A DNA stretch of 64,000 nt from Octopus vulgaris (taxonomy: Eukaryota). The position numbers and the translations under genes were made by a program. The first letter of the stretch is position 1. Each line of letters begins with the position of its first letter. This document shows positions 44,401 through 57,649 of the stretch, in pieces. The notes under the pieces were generated by a model that was given only the letters and a program-made list of their open reading frames with translations, was not told the origin of the DNA and did no database searches. Location of the stretch: contig OX597832.1 in assembly GCA_951406725.2 (NCBI GenBank), positions 71,672,001 through 71,736,000 on the forward strand. Direction: 5' to 3'.

Positions 44401-45322
44401 GGTGCATAGATAAATAAATTTTCCAGATTTCCAATTCTAGAACAATGAGAAAAAGCAGGATTGGGATACACTTATTAAATATCTTCTGGAATCAAAAATT
44501 TATCTATTGTCATCGAAAACGTTTAACTTGAAAAATGCAGAATTATTGGAGTTATGGGCATTCAAAGTGTAATCAAATTTAATTGAAAATCCTACATGCA
44601 TTGCCAGCATTTAGTTATTTGGAGATGTTGAAAAAATGTCTATTAATGCAATGTCTAAATTAATTACAGTAATATGTATATAATTGTTTCGATATTGAAG
44701 ACTAATTGTTTGATGTAGTAAATATCAAGTATAATGAATGGGAGACTTACTTGAGATCGCCGTTGTCGCATTAGAGCAGCTTGTGAAGTAGAAGTACCCA
44801 CTTGTACTTACTTCTCGTAGAATTTTAAAGGTTATAAATGTAAGCATTTTAAAAGTTTTAAAAGGTTAAGCACAAAAACAGTATGTATGTATATTAATGT
44901 ATGAATGAAGTTTTTAAGGTTTAAGATTCAAATCAAGAAAGTGCAATAATGAGGTTTAGTAGTCAAAACTGTGAGTAGTGAAATGCAGAGTTAAGTCTGC
45001 TGGTCGTGAGAATCAAATATTGATCGCTTCGCTAAAATCTGACAATCGTAAGTGCAGATGCTATGAGTTATTTCCCTTTAAGGCGCTATGGGTTATTTCA
45101 CTTGGGTATTTAAATAAAATATATTAGCTATATGTAGTAGATATAAGGATTCCTTCCAGGGGTCCTATTATCGATTTTTTTTTTCAACAATCTATGTATG
45201 TCACAAGGTTTCCAGACATGAGTTCTACTCATGTGTCAAGTTTCATCAAAATCGATAAAACGATGTAGGAGGAGTTGTTAGCTTAACTCTGCAAACAAAC
45301 ACTCCCAACAGACAGAATTCCG

Positions 45323-45452
45323 CTTCCCAACCACATGGTTCTGGGTTCAGTCCCACTGTGTGGCACCTTGGGCAAGTGTCTTCTACTATGGCCTTGGGCT
45401 GCCCAAAGCCTTGTGAGTGGATTTGGTATATGGAAACTAAAAAAAGCCTATC

Positions 45453-45484
<32 letters not shown>

Positions 45485-45615
45485 GTTTGGCAAAAGAGAC
45501 CAGTAAAATAAGTACTAGGCTTACAGAGAATAAATCCAAGGATCAATTTCTTCAACTAAAACCCTTTAAGGTGGTGCTCCAACATGGCTGCAGTCAAATG
45601 AATGGAACAAGAAAA
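45323..45615 (+). mobile_element. Family-B SINE, 5'-truncated and internally deleted
   Basis: gcttcccaaccacatggttctgggttcagtcccactgtgtggcaccttgggcaagtgtc..ggtggtgctccaacatggctgcagtcaaatg. Confidence 0.85.
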
Positions 45616-45884
45616 AAAATTAAAATATTGTATTCTCAGTAAATTCATCTATCTCTATCTATATATATATATTTATTCGTATCTGTATATCTATCTGTTT
45701 GATTGTCAGTCTATCTATCGATTTATCTCTCCATCCATCTATGAAGTTAGCTACCCACCTATCACTCAATCAAGTCCCTCTACCCATCCATTAACAGATG
45801 GATACATACATATGAAAAAACATGGACAGATAGACAAACAGCCGGTTGGGTCGATGGATGGACACAGATGGTTAGATAGACAGA

Positions 45885-46205
45885 CAGCAGAGAGCCACGA
45901 TAAACAGCAGCATCCCCAAGATAGTTCCCTGAGGTACTCCATTCTCTATTATCGTCTCCTTGGAGATGATTTCATCTTACTATGTTGAGTCTCCATAACT
46001 TGTGACATATCATACCATGATCAACATTATCAAAGGCCTTTGCAAAATCAAAATATATCACAAAATCAAGATATATCGCCTTTGAGCGATTCATTAGTTA
46101 TTTCAACACCCAGTGATAATGCTGCAAATGCTGTGAAAGGCAGCTTCTTCCTGAGCAGAAACCATGCTGGACAACAGGGAGCAAGCTACTATCCTTGAAG
46201 AACAC
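45885..46205 (-). mobile_element. CR1/Jockey-group LINE RT fragment
   Basis: Minus strand VIYFDFAKAFDNVDHGMICHK and GVPQGTILG. Confidence 0.75.
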
Positions 46206-46208
46206 AAC

Positions 46209-46541
46209 CAGTTATGTAAAGGATAACAAGTTCAGTTCAGTATGAGTTTCAGCACCACTTCAACACTCACCAAAATCAGGCTGTTCCCATCTGTAACATA
46301 ATCTTATGTTAGGTGGATGAACTTAGTACATGAAGTACACTAATGCATAGGAGACTGGTGGGGGCACTATGAACAGTACAGACCCCCAGAAAATGTGGAA
46401 TGCATCAGACAAGCTTTGATATGAAGTCCGAATTGCTCTGCTTGGAGACATTCCACTGAACTTGGCATCAGTAATTGATTGGTATTTCCACTGGTACAAA
46501 TTGGCCATTGGGCAAGAGTTGAAACCATGGGACTATGCACA
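46209..46541 (+). repeat. Inverted duplicate of 47630-47996 (part of the neighbouring Tc1-like element)
   Basis: Shared peptide YQSITDAKFSGMSPSRAIRTSYQSLSDAFHIFWGSVLFIVPPPVSYALVY in ORFs 46323-46508(-) and 47707-47937(+). Confidence 0.93.
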
Positions 46542-46743
46542 AACATGGGTGGTGCAAATTTTAGCATCCACTCTTCTACCTCCCTTATGGAAATACATGT
46601 GTATAAACACATATAAATGTGTGTATATATATGTGTGCGTATGCACGTGTGTGATAGATAAATACAGAGATACATGTAAAATTTTTTATGTATTGATTAA
46701 GTCTTTCCTTGTTTGATTTGCAAAATAGTGGTTTTGTCTCGAA

Positions 46744-46796
<53 letters not shown>

Positions 46797-46926
46797 CATA
46801 CATATATATATATACACACATACGTATATTCAGATACACACACACACAAACACACATATATATACATAGATACATATATACAGAGAGAGAGATAATGATA
46901 TACAAATGCATATATATGTATATATA

Positions 46927-48169
46927 CAGGATGGAGCAGAGAGGACAGACGTTTTTGAAAAATTCCCATCAGTGTGTTCATATTGAATTAGCATTTGTCA
47001 AAATCAAGTATGGAAAACAATATCCATCATAGGGTGTTCATTTTCATTGATGCATTTCTGAAGGTGTTGGAAGTTGGTCTCCACTCTCTCCAGCATTACT
47101 CTGTCGATTTGAGTGATTTCAAAGTGAATAGCTTCCTTCAAGTCATCCAATGTATGGGGCTTATGTACATACACACGTCCCTTGAGGTTTCCCCACAAGA
47201 AATATTTACATACAAACCACAGAACCAAGGGGGCCAAGGAATGTCAGCAAACCTGAAAACGAGGCAGTCACCGAAGAGAGGGCAAAGAATTTTTATTGAT
47301 GCTCTAGCTGTATGACCCATCTCTCCATCCTGCTGAAACCACACATGCCGATTAGGTATATGTTTTTGTCATAATTTGGACATCACAATAACAGCATTTC
47401 CATTGTCTTCAAAAAGGTAAGGACCAATGATGGCAGCTTTCCTAGCAGCACACCAGACTGTCACTTTTGGGCTGTGCAGTAGTCTTTCGTGCAGTTCTCT
47501 CAGATTTTCATGAGACCAATAATAACAGTTCTGTTGATGAGATGAAAATGAGCTTCATCACTCATTAACAAAATGAGGTTGTCATTTGCCTCAAATATCA
47601 CTTCCATCTGACATGCAAAGTTAAGTCACTGTGCATAGTCCCATGGTTTCAACTGTTACCCAATGGCCAATTTGTACTGGTGGAAATGCAGGCCTTCATG
47701 TAAAATATGCCTTACCAATCAATTACTGATGCCAAGTTCAGTGGAATGTCTCCAAGCAGAGCAATTCGGACTTCATATCAAAGCTTGTCTGATGCATTCC
47801 ACATTTTCTGGGGGTCTGTACTGTTCATAGTGCCCCCACCAGTCTCCTATGCATTAGTGTACCTCATGTACAAAGTTCATCCACCTAACATAAGATTATG
47901 TTACAGATGGGAACAGCCTGATTTTGGTGAGTGTTGAAGTGGTGCTGAAACTCACACTGAACTGCTGTGACAGACTTGTTATCCTTTACATAACTGTCGT
48001 AGGCAAACACACAATGCTCTATCATCCACAGCACAGCATAATGACCACCTGAAAAGAGAAAAAATACAAAGACACCACAAACCGAATGGTACCTGTCAGA
48101 CATATGTCTCTCCCCCTGGGACTGAGTAATAACCATTTCAAAAACGTCCATCCTCTCTGTCGCACCCTA
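46927..48169 (-). mobile_element. Full-span decayed Tc1/mariner-superfamily transposon
   Basis: TA-flanked TIRs CAGGATGGAGCAGAGAGGACAGACGTTTTTGAAA / TTTCAAAAACGTCCATCCTCTCTGTCGCACCCTA; transposase motifs MSDEAHFHL, WFQQDG..GHTAR, IPWPP, FLWGNLKGRVY. Confidence 0.9.
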
Positions 48170-48174
48170 TATTT

Positions 48175-48940
48175 CATCGTCATCACTATCATCTGCTTTC
48201 CATGCTGTCATGGTTTAAATGGTTTGACTGGAACTGGTAAGAGAGCTGCACCAGACACCAATCTAATTTAGCATGATTTCTATGGCTAGATGCCTTTCCT
48301 AATGCCAACCACTCTGAGAGTGTAACGGGTGCTTTTTACATGCCACCAGCACGGGTACCACTTGTGTGACACAAGTAACAGCCACAACTACAGTTTTCCA
48401 GGTGCCGTTTACATAACACTGATCATGACTACAATTTCACTTGGCTTGACAAGTTTTCTCAAGCACAGAATATCACCATAGTCTTGGTTACTTGTAGTCC
48501 CATCTGTGAGACCCAACATTTGAAGACTATATGCTTCACCACTTCATCCCTCACCTCCATGAGGCCCAACGTTCAAAGATTATTCTACCAGTAATGGCCA
48601 CAATTACGATTCCATGGTTGCCAATTACATGAGACCAGCAATGGCCATGACAATGATTTCACTTGGTTTGACAAGTCTTCTCAAGCAAAGGTCTCTGTCA
48701 CTAGTCATCATCTCCATGAGGTCCAACATTCAAAGATCGTGCTTCACCACCTCATCCCATGTCTTCCTGGATCTACCTCTTCAACAGGTTCCCACCACTG
48801 TTAGAGAGCAGCATTTCTTTATGCAGCAACTCTCATCCATATGCACCATATGAGCATACTAGCACAGTTATCTCTCTTGCACACAACACCTGATGCCTCT
48901 TATGTCCAGTTTTTCTCTCGACATGCTCTGTTGCTCATGC
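48175..48940 (-). mobile_element. RTE-clade LINE 3' portion with internal repeats
   Basis: Minus strand GTC*RGRSRKTWDEVVKHDL; 3' UTR repeats and (GAT)n-like tail. Confidence 0.75.
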
Positions 48941-49019
48941 AGTGTTTTTATAAAATGGGGTGTCTAAAACAATGACGTTGAGAATGATAATAATGAGATG
49001 ACCAACACATAATCAAAAT

Positions 49020-49164
49020 AATAGAATCACCAAACAGTTTTATTTCTGATATATTCAATAATTTAATGCACACAGCTCGCTTCACCCAGTAACGTTGTTT
49101 TTCTTTACTTCGGATTTCAGTGGTAAATACAAAGTTAGTTGAGTGACCAGTCGTTGACAAATTC
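49020..49164 (-). other. Candidate terminal exon of minus-strand transcript
   Basis: Strong acceptor ttttcctttctttctttttcag|GAATTT; phase-0 reading EFVNDWSLN*; AATAAA about 120 nt downstream. 3' boundary approximate. Confidence 0.45.
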
Positions 49165-49364
49165 CTGAAAAAGAAAGAAAGGAAAATATATTTTGATATT
49201 TTCTTTTTCTTTTATCATTGGATCAATTAGAACATGTATATTCATCCGTAGTATTTTCTATACAGTATGCTATTTAGCATAATATACAGAAGATATTAAG
49301 TGTGAAAGCCAAACCAAATATATAATACTGACTGTATATCGTGAAATAATTACTTACAACTTTG

Positions 49365-50128
49365 GGATCTTTTCCTTTTGAACGGCAGATGACAACACAA
49401 TTTCTAGTTAACCTAACACTTTTAAACTTCGCATACTGGTAGAATGTGTTTATAAAACATCATTTTTTCTTGGCTTTATTGAGAAAATTCTTTAGTTTGT
49501 AAGATATTTCGTCTGAAATTTCGAGCATTTCGGCAATTTTAACCAATCGCTCATCTCCATTTGGGGTGAAAAGATTTTGTCCCTTGTTTAAGAAACAGAT
49601 TGGGTTTATTTACATTTGCGAAGAAAAAAAGATACCCTTCCCCCACCCCTAACCCTAACCCTAATCCTAAAATAGATTGAAATGCATAGATCGATACTAG
49701 GGTTATAATTATGAGTGACAATTTCATATGACACCGCTATGGAAAACGGAAATTTTTTCTAGCAGTGTCAAATGAAAATGTCACCCATAATTATAACCCT
49801 AGTATTGATCTATGCATTTCAATCTGTTTTAGGATTAGGGTTAGGGGTAGGGGAAGGGTATCTTTTTTTCTTCGCAAATCTGTTTCTTAAACAAGGGACA
49901 TATTCATACAGCACGGAATGTTTTCCCCCCAAATGGAGGTGAGTGATTGGTTAAAATTGACGAAATGCTCGATTTTAAAAATGGAAATATGTTACAACAC
50001 AGAATTTTCTCAATAAAGCCAAGAAAAAAATGATGTTTTATAAACACATTCTACCAGTATACGATGTTTAAAAGTGTTTAGTTAACTAGAAATTGTGTTG
50101 ACATCTGCCGTTCAAAAGGAAAAGATCC
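49365..50128. mobile_element. 764-bp fully palindromic MITE, GG..CC termini, 8-bp TSD (Merlin- or MuDR-like)
   Basis: TSD CAACTTTG at 49357-49364 and 50129-50136; arms GGATCTTTTCCTTTTGAACGGCAGATG.. pair over ~370 bp; (CCCTAA)-like run in each arm. Confidence 0.9.
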
Positions 50129-50454
50129 CAACTTTGTCATTATTTATGATAATTTAGGAATTTATCAAAATCTAGTGAGCTGAACATATATTGTGGAGGA
50201 ATATAAAATATTTATTGAATTAAATGTTAATCTTAAGAAAATTATATTATAAAGTCTCTTCTCCATTCAGGTAGATATATTTTTCTCTTGACATTTGCTT
50301 TGTATGAAATAATACAGACTTTTGAACATAAGCAAAAATATATATCTTCTCACTTTGACATCTGTCATCCATTTTACTTTTAAACACTTTTGAATAGAGA
50401 GGCCAAGGTCACAATTGTGTGGATATGCAAATATGCATAATAATCCTTTCTACA

Positions 50455-50635
50455 ATTGGCACATAAGCCTGAAATTTGGGGGCAGGGAAGTAGTCGATTA
50501 TATCAACCTCAGTATTTCACTGGCACTTAACTTATCAACCCCAAACGGATGAAAGGTGAAATTTGAACTCAGAATGAATGAAATGCTGCTAAGCATTTTG
50601 CCCAGTATGCTAACAGATCTGCTAGCTCACCACCT
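50455..50635 (-). mobile_element. Family-A SINE
   Basis: gtagtcgattatatcaacctcagtatttcactgg..ggatgaaagg..atttgaactcagaa..gctagctcaccacc. Confidence 0.75.
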
Positions 50636-51289
50636 TCAATAAATTCACATAATATCATTCATGCCATTCATAACAATTGCACATATACACATGCACATGG
50701 ATGCATACACATTCACACACATTTTACACACACATGTACATGCACACACACACACACAGTTCTCCAAGAGTGAAGAAAATATTGTTTCTTGCATAATTTT
50801 CAAAATTTTGTCCTCTTCTTACTTCTCCCCCACCCCCTCTCTCTCTTTGACTCTCTCCCTATTACCCTTTCTCTTCTTTCTCTTCTTCTCTCTGTTTGTT
50901 TATTTGTGTGTCTGTATGCATGTCTGTCATGTAGACACCAGGTGATTTTTTATCAAATGGTCAGGCTGTTGGTAAGTAAACTAGCAACCTTATTAAGCAG
51001 TCTTAGGAAACTAGCAACCTTACTAAGCAGTCTTAGGAAATGAAGGGGGTTATGTTAGACATTCTGTAAACTAAAGCCTATTAAAAGCTGGATGAACTCA
51101 AAGGAGGGAGACAACAGTCATCCAGCAGTAATTGTGTATGTGTGTATTTACATACAAATGGTGAATAAACCTCATAAACCTCAATGATCACATACTAGTT
51201 TGTCCTCATGTATGGTAATCTCTCTCTCTCTCTCTCATCCACTTGTGATTGAAAATTGTTTTAAGCAAGAGGATACACCACTGCCAACA

Positions 51290-51680
51290 TTGTTTGCCTA
51301 GTAGTTTGCAATGGTTTACTTGATTTCAAGATTGCTTACATGAGATCGGCATCATACACAGAACAACAGATAGGATATCAAATATAAAATGGATTGCTGT
51401 CAAAACAATGCCTTGTCATCACTAATAAGCAAATTCCTGTATACTGACAAGTGTGATCTTGTTGCTCACTCCAAGAGGGAAATGCCATATATATGAACTC
51501 CACCAGGTAAAGCCTACTCTGAGCCAAACATTTATGTGTATGGACAGAAATGTCAGGTTGTGAATAAATTCATGTATTTAAGCAATACTCTTTCCCCCCT
51601 CTCTCTTTCTCTCTCTCTCTCTGTGAATTAAAAAAGCAAGTGATGCATTTAGAAAATGCAAGAACAGGAGATTGCTGCTA
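51290..51680 (+). mobile_element. RTE/BovB-like LINE relic
   Basis: PGKAYSEPNIYVYGQKCQVVNKFMYLSNTLS resembles the RTE post-RT region. Confidence 0.55.
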
Positions 51681-51739
51681 AATACTTAAACAACAAAAGA
51701 CACAATGGAGCCCTTGGAGTTTTAAGATACAACTGTAAA

Positions 51740-52330
51740 CGTAGATTATGTCATATTTCTGTGGAAGACACCACACGTGTGATTATCAGCTGCCCAGAAA
51801 CGTCATCAAAGTTACTACCTTCCTATGGGGTATGACATGGCTGCAAAAACAATATACAATATCATCCAGAAAAAAGACTGTCCTGGAAAATCCCCTTGTA
51901 ATTGATAGAGATAAACACAAGGAATACTACAATCCCCTTCAAAACAGCTGTCAAGTGTAAATATAATGTTTGGGGCACACAAGAAAAAGTACAATCATAG
52001 AGAACAGCTGTCCTGCTGGTGTGACTATCTTTTGGAAAATCAAAGAGAAAGAGGACAACCACAGATAAATGTTTCAAAACTTTTATATCTAGACTAAATA
52101 GTCACATTTATACCACTTGGTTTTGTGAGTAAATGCCTAAGTATCAATCTGGATGAGGTAGAGCTTTCAGAAAATAAATATTAACCAGCTACTTTGTACA
52201 ATTTGTAAGAGGAACAGTAAAAATATGCAAGACATTTTTCAAATCTAAAATGTGACGTTTTTGTTTCCAACAATGGAACTTTGTATCTTTGTTAGAAACT
52301 AACTTCTACCTATGAGGAAGATTTCAAAGA
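51740..52330 (+). mobile_element. R4/Dong-like LINE 3' relic
   Basis: Diverged homologue of 61540-62190 (shared gtcatcaaagttactacc, gctttcagaaa, aaaatgtgac). Confidence 0.55.
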
Positions 52331-54589
52331 ATTAAAAACAGCAAAGAATGAATGTAGGTATGTGCACATAAACACACACACACACAGATAATCTATGGAA
52401 ACAACAACAACAATAACATTAATTATTTAAACTTTCAGTGCAGTTTCATATTTACTTTTTATGTTAAATATTTTAATGTATTTGGCTGTTGAGAGGAAAA
52501 AATGTATCTAATGTATTTGGCAGTTGAGAGGAAAAAATGTCTGAAGGTACATGCCTGTAGTTGTGGTCAGGGGAGGGAATTACTCAAGGTGTGTGGCTGT
52601 AGTTGGGGGCTGAAGGAAATAAATCCTTGAATACACAATAAAAGTAAAATAAAAGCAAAATAAAAGCACTTCAGATCCAAAGGATAAAATGTTTTTATTT
52701 ATCAGTTTCAGTGTTTTGAAAGAACCAGATAATTTTCTTTATCTTATGGATTCTTACAAACTGAAGAATATTGTGACAGAGTCAGCTGACTGTCAAGGTT
52801 ACTATGGCTGTGTTTGTGTGTGTGTGCACGCATGTGCATGCATGTGTGTGTGTGTTTACAGTACATCAAGCAGCAATCATGATGTTAGCATTTTGATACC
52901 CAATGCAAATCATGATACAGGTAACTTTTTTCCAATATTCAGATGGTTTCCAGTCCTCTATGTCAGTTAACTTTTTATCAACTACAACTTTAATCTTTAC
53001 GCTCTCCCATGCCTTGGTATAACAGAAAAGGACACTTACAATTACCGTTTTAATGATTTGTAACCCACCTAAAGTGTTTTCTACTTCTAAACAGAAGTGT
53101 TTGGCAATAGAAGAAACTGTAGATTGAGCAGATCAGGTGAACAGTATCAAGGTAATTCTGCCAGAAATATAACTCACAAAATACTTGAGATTGATATCGA
53201 ATGTGACACTTATTATGAAAAGAATACTACTAGACAGGCTGTCCATAGACAACAGGAGATACCTGGTCATCTTCCACAAAATGCTGCCAGCCAGAGTGCA
53301 TTTAGACATCATAATTCAACAACAGCATGGACCCATTTAGAAAGCTCAAAAATCCACAACACAGAATCTAGATCCGGATGTGGAAAAGAGGAGTTCCTCA
53401 ATTATGATCCTGAACATGACTAAGTTTCAGTAAAAATGGTTTCAGTGGACACCAGGTCCAAAATTTGTGACAAGAAATTTGTGACAAAAATGAAAGTATG
53501 ACTCAAATACAACGTACTGCTCCAATAGAAAAGTTCTTGATAATCTACCAGAGTGTGCTAAAAGTTTCTAACTGCTGCCACTAAGGAACCCATGCATATT
53601 TTTTAAAGACCACTGAAGCAACAACATCAGAGGAAGGAAAATCCAAAACATTTTTTAAAGTACAAGGGCAAATCTACTATGTCACTGATTCACTTTCCAA
53701 TGAAGCGACACAATTTTTTTTTTATCTATTCTGTTGATGGCAGTAAAGGGACAGGATCAGAATAGAAATATCATCATATCAAGATTTGATTTGACTAGAT
53801 TCAAGGTTTAATTTGATTCTTAAACTTCATGATATGGTCCATGCTAAGAACAGTTATGGTATTAAGATATATCAGTCCAAGCCGACAGCCTTTCCTTTGG
53901 ATACATGCTGGTGGCATGGAGAAGAGTAACAATTTATAATTGGCAAACTTTACATCAACTTCGAACCTACCCCACCACGTTCTACTAATATACAAAGGTT
54001 GATCTGGATAAGGCCTTTGATAGATTAATATTTCCAGTAGTTTGGTGGTGGCTAAGGAAAATAAAGTTAAAGAAATGGCTCTTAATGAGATGAGAGTTAC
54101 CAATGACTTCAGTCATAAATTTAGCATGGGTAGGGGTGCATCAGAGCTCAATTTTCAGCCCCTATCCATATTTGATAGCTCTTAAAGAAGACTGATTATC
54201 TATGGAAAGCTGTGAATGCTATTGAACTAATTTTTATAGCTGTATATGAAGAAAATTTAGAGAAGAAATTCCACCCATAGAAGCAAAACCTAAAATCAAG
54301 AGTAAACTCAGCATATATTAACAATTTTAGTAAGTAGGAAAGAAGACAAGCCTTTGATGAGATCAAGGAAAGTGAGTTTGCTTGATAGGTCGAAAAGAAA
54401 TAGACAGAAATTCCATAAAGTATCCTGAGTAAACTATGGACATGCAAAAGATCTTGTGGGACCACAGCAGGCTAACAGAGACAACATACTTCGTACATGC
54501 CAAATGCACAGTAAAAATACATAAAAGATTCTTTCAAATGCTGGAAAGGCTCTCTAAAGCAACTGTTATTGAGAAAGCCTAATCAATAG

Positions 54590-55090
54590 TGAAGGTGTGT
54601 GTTCAAGAAATACAGTAGCCAGAGTGAGAACCAGGTGGGCAAAGTGGTAGGGGGGGGATTACATCTGCTAGTACCTAATGGATTCTATCTTGAGCAAAGG
54701 GTAGATTGTTTGCTGCATCAGAGTGTGATAGTGCATGTTATGAATGAAACATGTGCACTGGCTTTGCAAAAAGCTAGAATAAATGCAGATATCTGCAAGG
54801 AGCAGACAGAAATGAAGCAAGCATGCTCTGCTGGATGTGTACACAAATTTGTGTAATATTATTAATGTGCATAAATGACAAATTACAAACGAGAAGAAAA
54901 GTTGGATACAAGTGTCCAAGGAAAAAGGCAATACACATATGAATATGGTATGCAAATGGAAAATAATAATTGTAGCCTTCCCCAGAAACTGGGGAAGGCA
55001 TCAACCTAGGAAACATGAAATGAAGTGGTGATGACTTCAGTCATGAAAGAGATGACAAAGGACCAGACTGAAGGAGATGTATAACTACAA
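54590..55090 (+). mobile_element. Degenerate RTE LINE fragment
   Basis: gaagcaagcatgctctgctggatgtgt (EASMLCWMC) and a broken PRKTW.EVV..KEMTKD motif across 55003-55070. Confidence 0.55.
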
Positions 55091-55931
55091 AGAAGAAAAT
55101 AGATGTTAAAATGGTGATGGAAGCCAGGATTTATATCAACTTTCAAATCTCTCATATATTTTGTTCCTGTTAAGTAACCATCTGCCACTTTCACCTCACT
55201 TTGTTATACTTTCATTTATCACTTACCTTCTATCCATGCCATACATGTAAAAAAAAACATTGGATCTACTCATGTTCACTACACAACAACACTACCACCA
55301 CCAACACCAACAACTTCACTGCAGCTGCTGCTGCTGTCACCAAAACCACTACTACCACCACTGCTGCCACTACCTTGTTGTACTCTAATTTCATTCCCTA
55401 TGCAATGAGAGGTAGTACTGGATCTACCCATGTTCAACACCTTCCAACATCACCTTTCTTAACTACTAGCCATTGGACTCCCTTCCTCTCTTTCTCTCTC
55501 TTCCTCTCCTATAAGCATTGAAATACGAGACAAAATAATGACAATAACTACCGCTTTATTCCTCTCAGATACACTATTTACAACTAATCTCACCACTTTA
55601 GACTATATCCTATGTTGCAGTGTCTTTTCAAAAGATGATGCATGCACTTCTGTAAGATCCACTTTCTGACATATCATAAAAGAGAAGCCGATCTCCATCT
55701 TTCTGTCCATCACAAGAAATATGTGAAGGAAAAAAAAGGTGGAGATAACTATGTCACTAGGTATATGTAGAAGAAGTTGTTGTTGAATGAGAAATACAGT
55801 GTGTGTGTTAGTATTTGCATGACAGGTAGTTTTCTCCCCATAGTAAATTTTGATTAAGTGCAAATCTGTCAACACAATGCAACACAGCTTCAGAAACAAA
55901 ACTTTCACTACGTAACAATAAAGATAGTTAT

Positions 55932-55992
<61 letters not shown>

Positions 55993-56679
55993 ATGTGCTT
56001 GTGTGTGTTTCTGTATGTCTTTCAACACAGAGATGATACAACACAGACTTTTAAAAGATTTTCATTTCACCACTATAATGACAGGCTGTTGTAGGTGATG
56101 AGAGAGAGAGAGAAAAAGAATTAAAATCTGTTTCAAGAAAAAAAACAGGTTGTTGTTGTTCAGACAGAAATACAGTGTGTGTGAGAGAGAGAGAAAAAAA
56201 AAAGAAGAGTGTGTGTTTGAGTGAGTGTCCATGAAAGATGGATAGGTAGTGTTGTCACCATAATAACTAATGAAACTCTCACTATATAACTGTCTACTAT
56301 TCAATGAAGGTACATGCTTGATTAAAAATTATTTTAACAGGTCAAGGAACATTAGTTTCAAAGAATAGGCTCCTCTTCAAAGCTCAAACATTGCATCACC
56401 TCTAATTACATGTTGACAACACTAGAAAGTTTGAGTGTCACATATAATACAGTACAGTTCACATATTTGGGATAATTTTACTATATCATCTCACATAGAG
56501 ACATATACTAAGGAACACTATTCAGTTGACCGACAAAGATTCACTACAGCCATTACTTTAAAAATGTAATTTTTTTTTATATCACCAGCTTTTCTATTGA
56601 TGGGTTTGGGCACTAGTGTTTAAGTACTTAACAACTGTTAAGTACTTAAACACTAGTGCCCAAACCCATCAATGTTTTC

Positions 56680-57140
56680 TGCACTGCACCTACCCCTTTG
56701 TTCCACAGGCCACCAACAATAATTGTTTTGTTAATATCTTCTGTTCCAGTCCTGTTCCAGATTTCATACTCTACATCAGAATAATACTCTGTTTTCCCTC
56801 CTGTTTCTTTATACTTTGGTGTCAAAAGGGCATTTCATTACAATACATAGTTTCTTCTTGCCAATAACTACAATATCTGGCTTGTTGTGTTCTTTTCCTT
56901 TGGTTTCTAAAGAAAAGTTCCACCTCACTTTATTATTTTTGCACTCGTTTCTGTGCATGCAAAACTGAATTTCTTGACAAAATTCCAGTGAATTATCGCA
57001 ACAATTTTATCACGCTCACGCTGTTTGTATTCGTCTTATCTAACTCTATACATTCTAATACAATGTAAACAATTGTTTCTTCTGACTCATTACACATTCT
57101 GCATTTGGGAGTGCAGTCTAGTTAATCTGTCAGCTCTTGG
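56680..57140 (-). mobile_element. R4/Dong-like LINE zinc knuckle and restriction-like endonuclease relic (also in the duplicate at ~41170-41625)
   Basis: PKCRMCNESEETIVYIVLEC, IIHWNF, HNKPDIVVI. Confidence 0.75.
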
Positions 57141-57233
57141 TCCAATTTAATCATAGGAAATATACCTGTGCTTGTTTTGTATAATTGGCAGAGAAGAGTG
57201 TAATTACAAACAAGATAGGAGAGAGGCTGTTAC

Positions 57234-57342
57234 CTTGAAAGTTTCTGCTAATCTTTTCCTTCTGATGTTAAACTCTTACTCTCCAATCTTGTTATTGCAT
57301 TTTCTATTAGGCACTGAATGCTTTTTAAGATTTTGAACAATT
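57234..57342 (-). other. Candidate 109-nt internal exon (duplicate at ~41717-41825)
   Basis: ttttcttttctag|AATTG..TTCAAG|gtaaca; best frame IVQNLKKHSVPNRKCNNKIGE*EFNIRRKRLAETFK contains one stop. Confidence 0.5.
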
Positions 57343-57649
57343 CTAGAAAAGAAAAAAAATAGAAAAAATGGGTGTGGGGAAAGGCAGTTAATAATTGGTG
57401 TTGAGGAATTGCTGAAAGAGATAGACAAATTTATGCATCTAATAGATCAATTATTGAAAAATATATGACTTAGTTGCACACTTGTGGATCAAGCCCACCA
57501 CATTGTTTGACTCAGGACCTGTTTTGTCAAATAGATGAAGTGTGAAAAAGCACATTTAACAAATAGTGAACACACCCGTTGTTTAACAGGTACATGTGAT
57601 GTACCTGTTAAAACAATCTTTTGCACTTCATGTATGGATGGTAAGCCAA

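Noticed and set aside
49645-49850. Interstitial telomere (TTAGGG)n
   Set aside because: Only 3-4 imperfect units, symmetric within the MITE arms.
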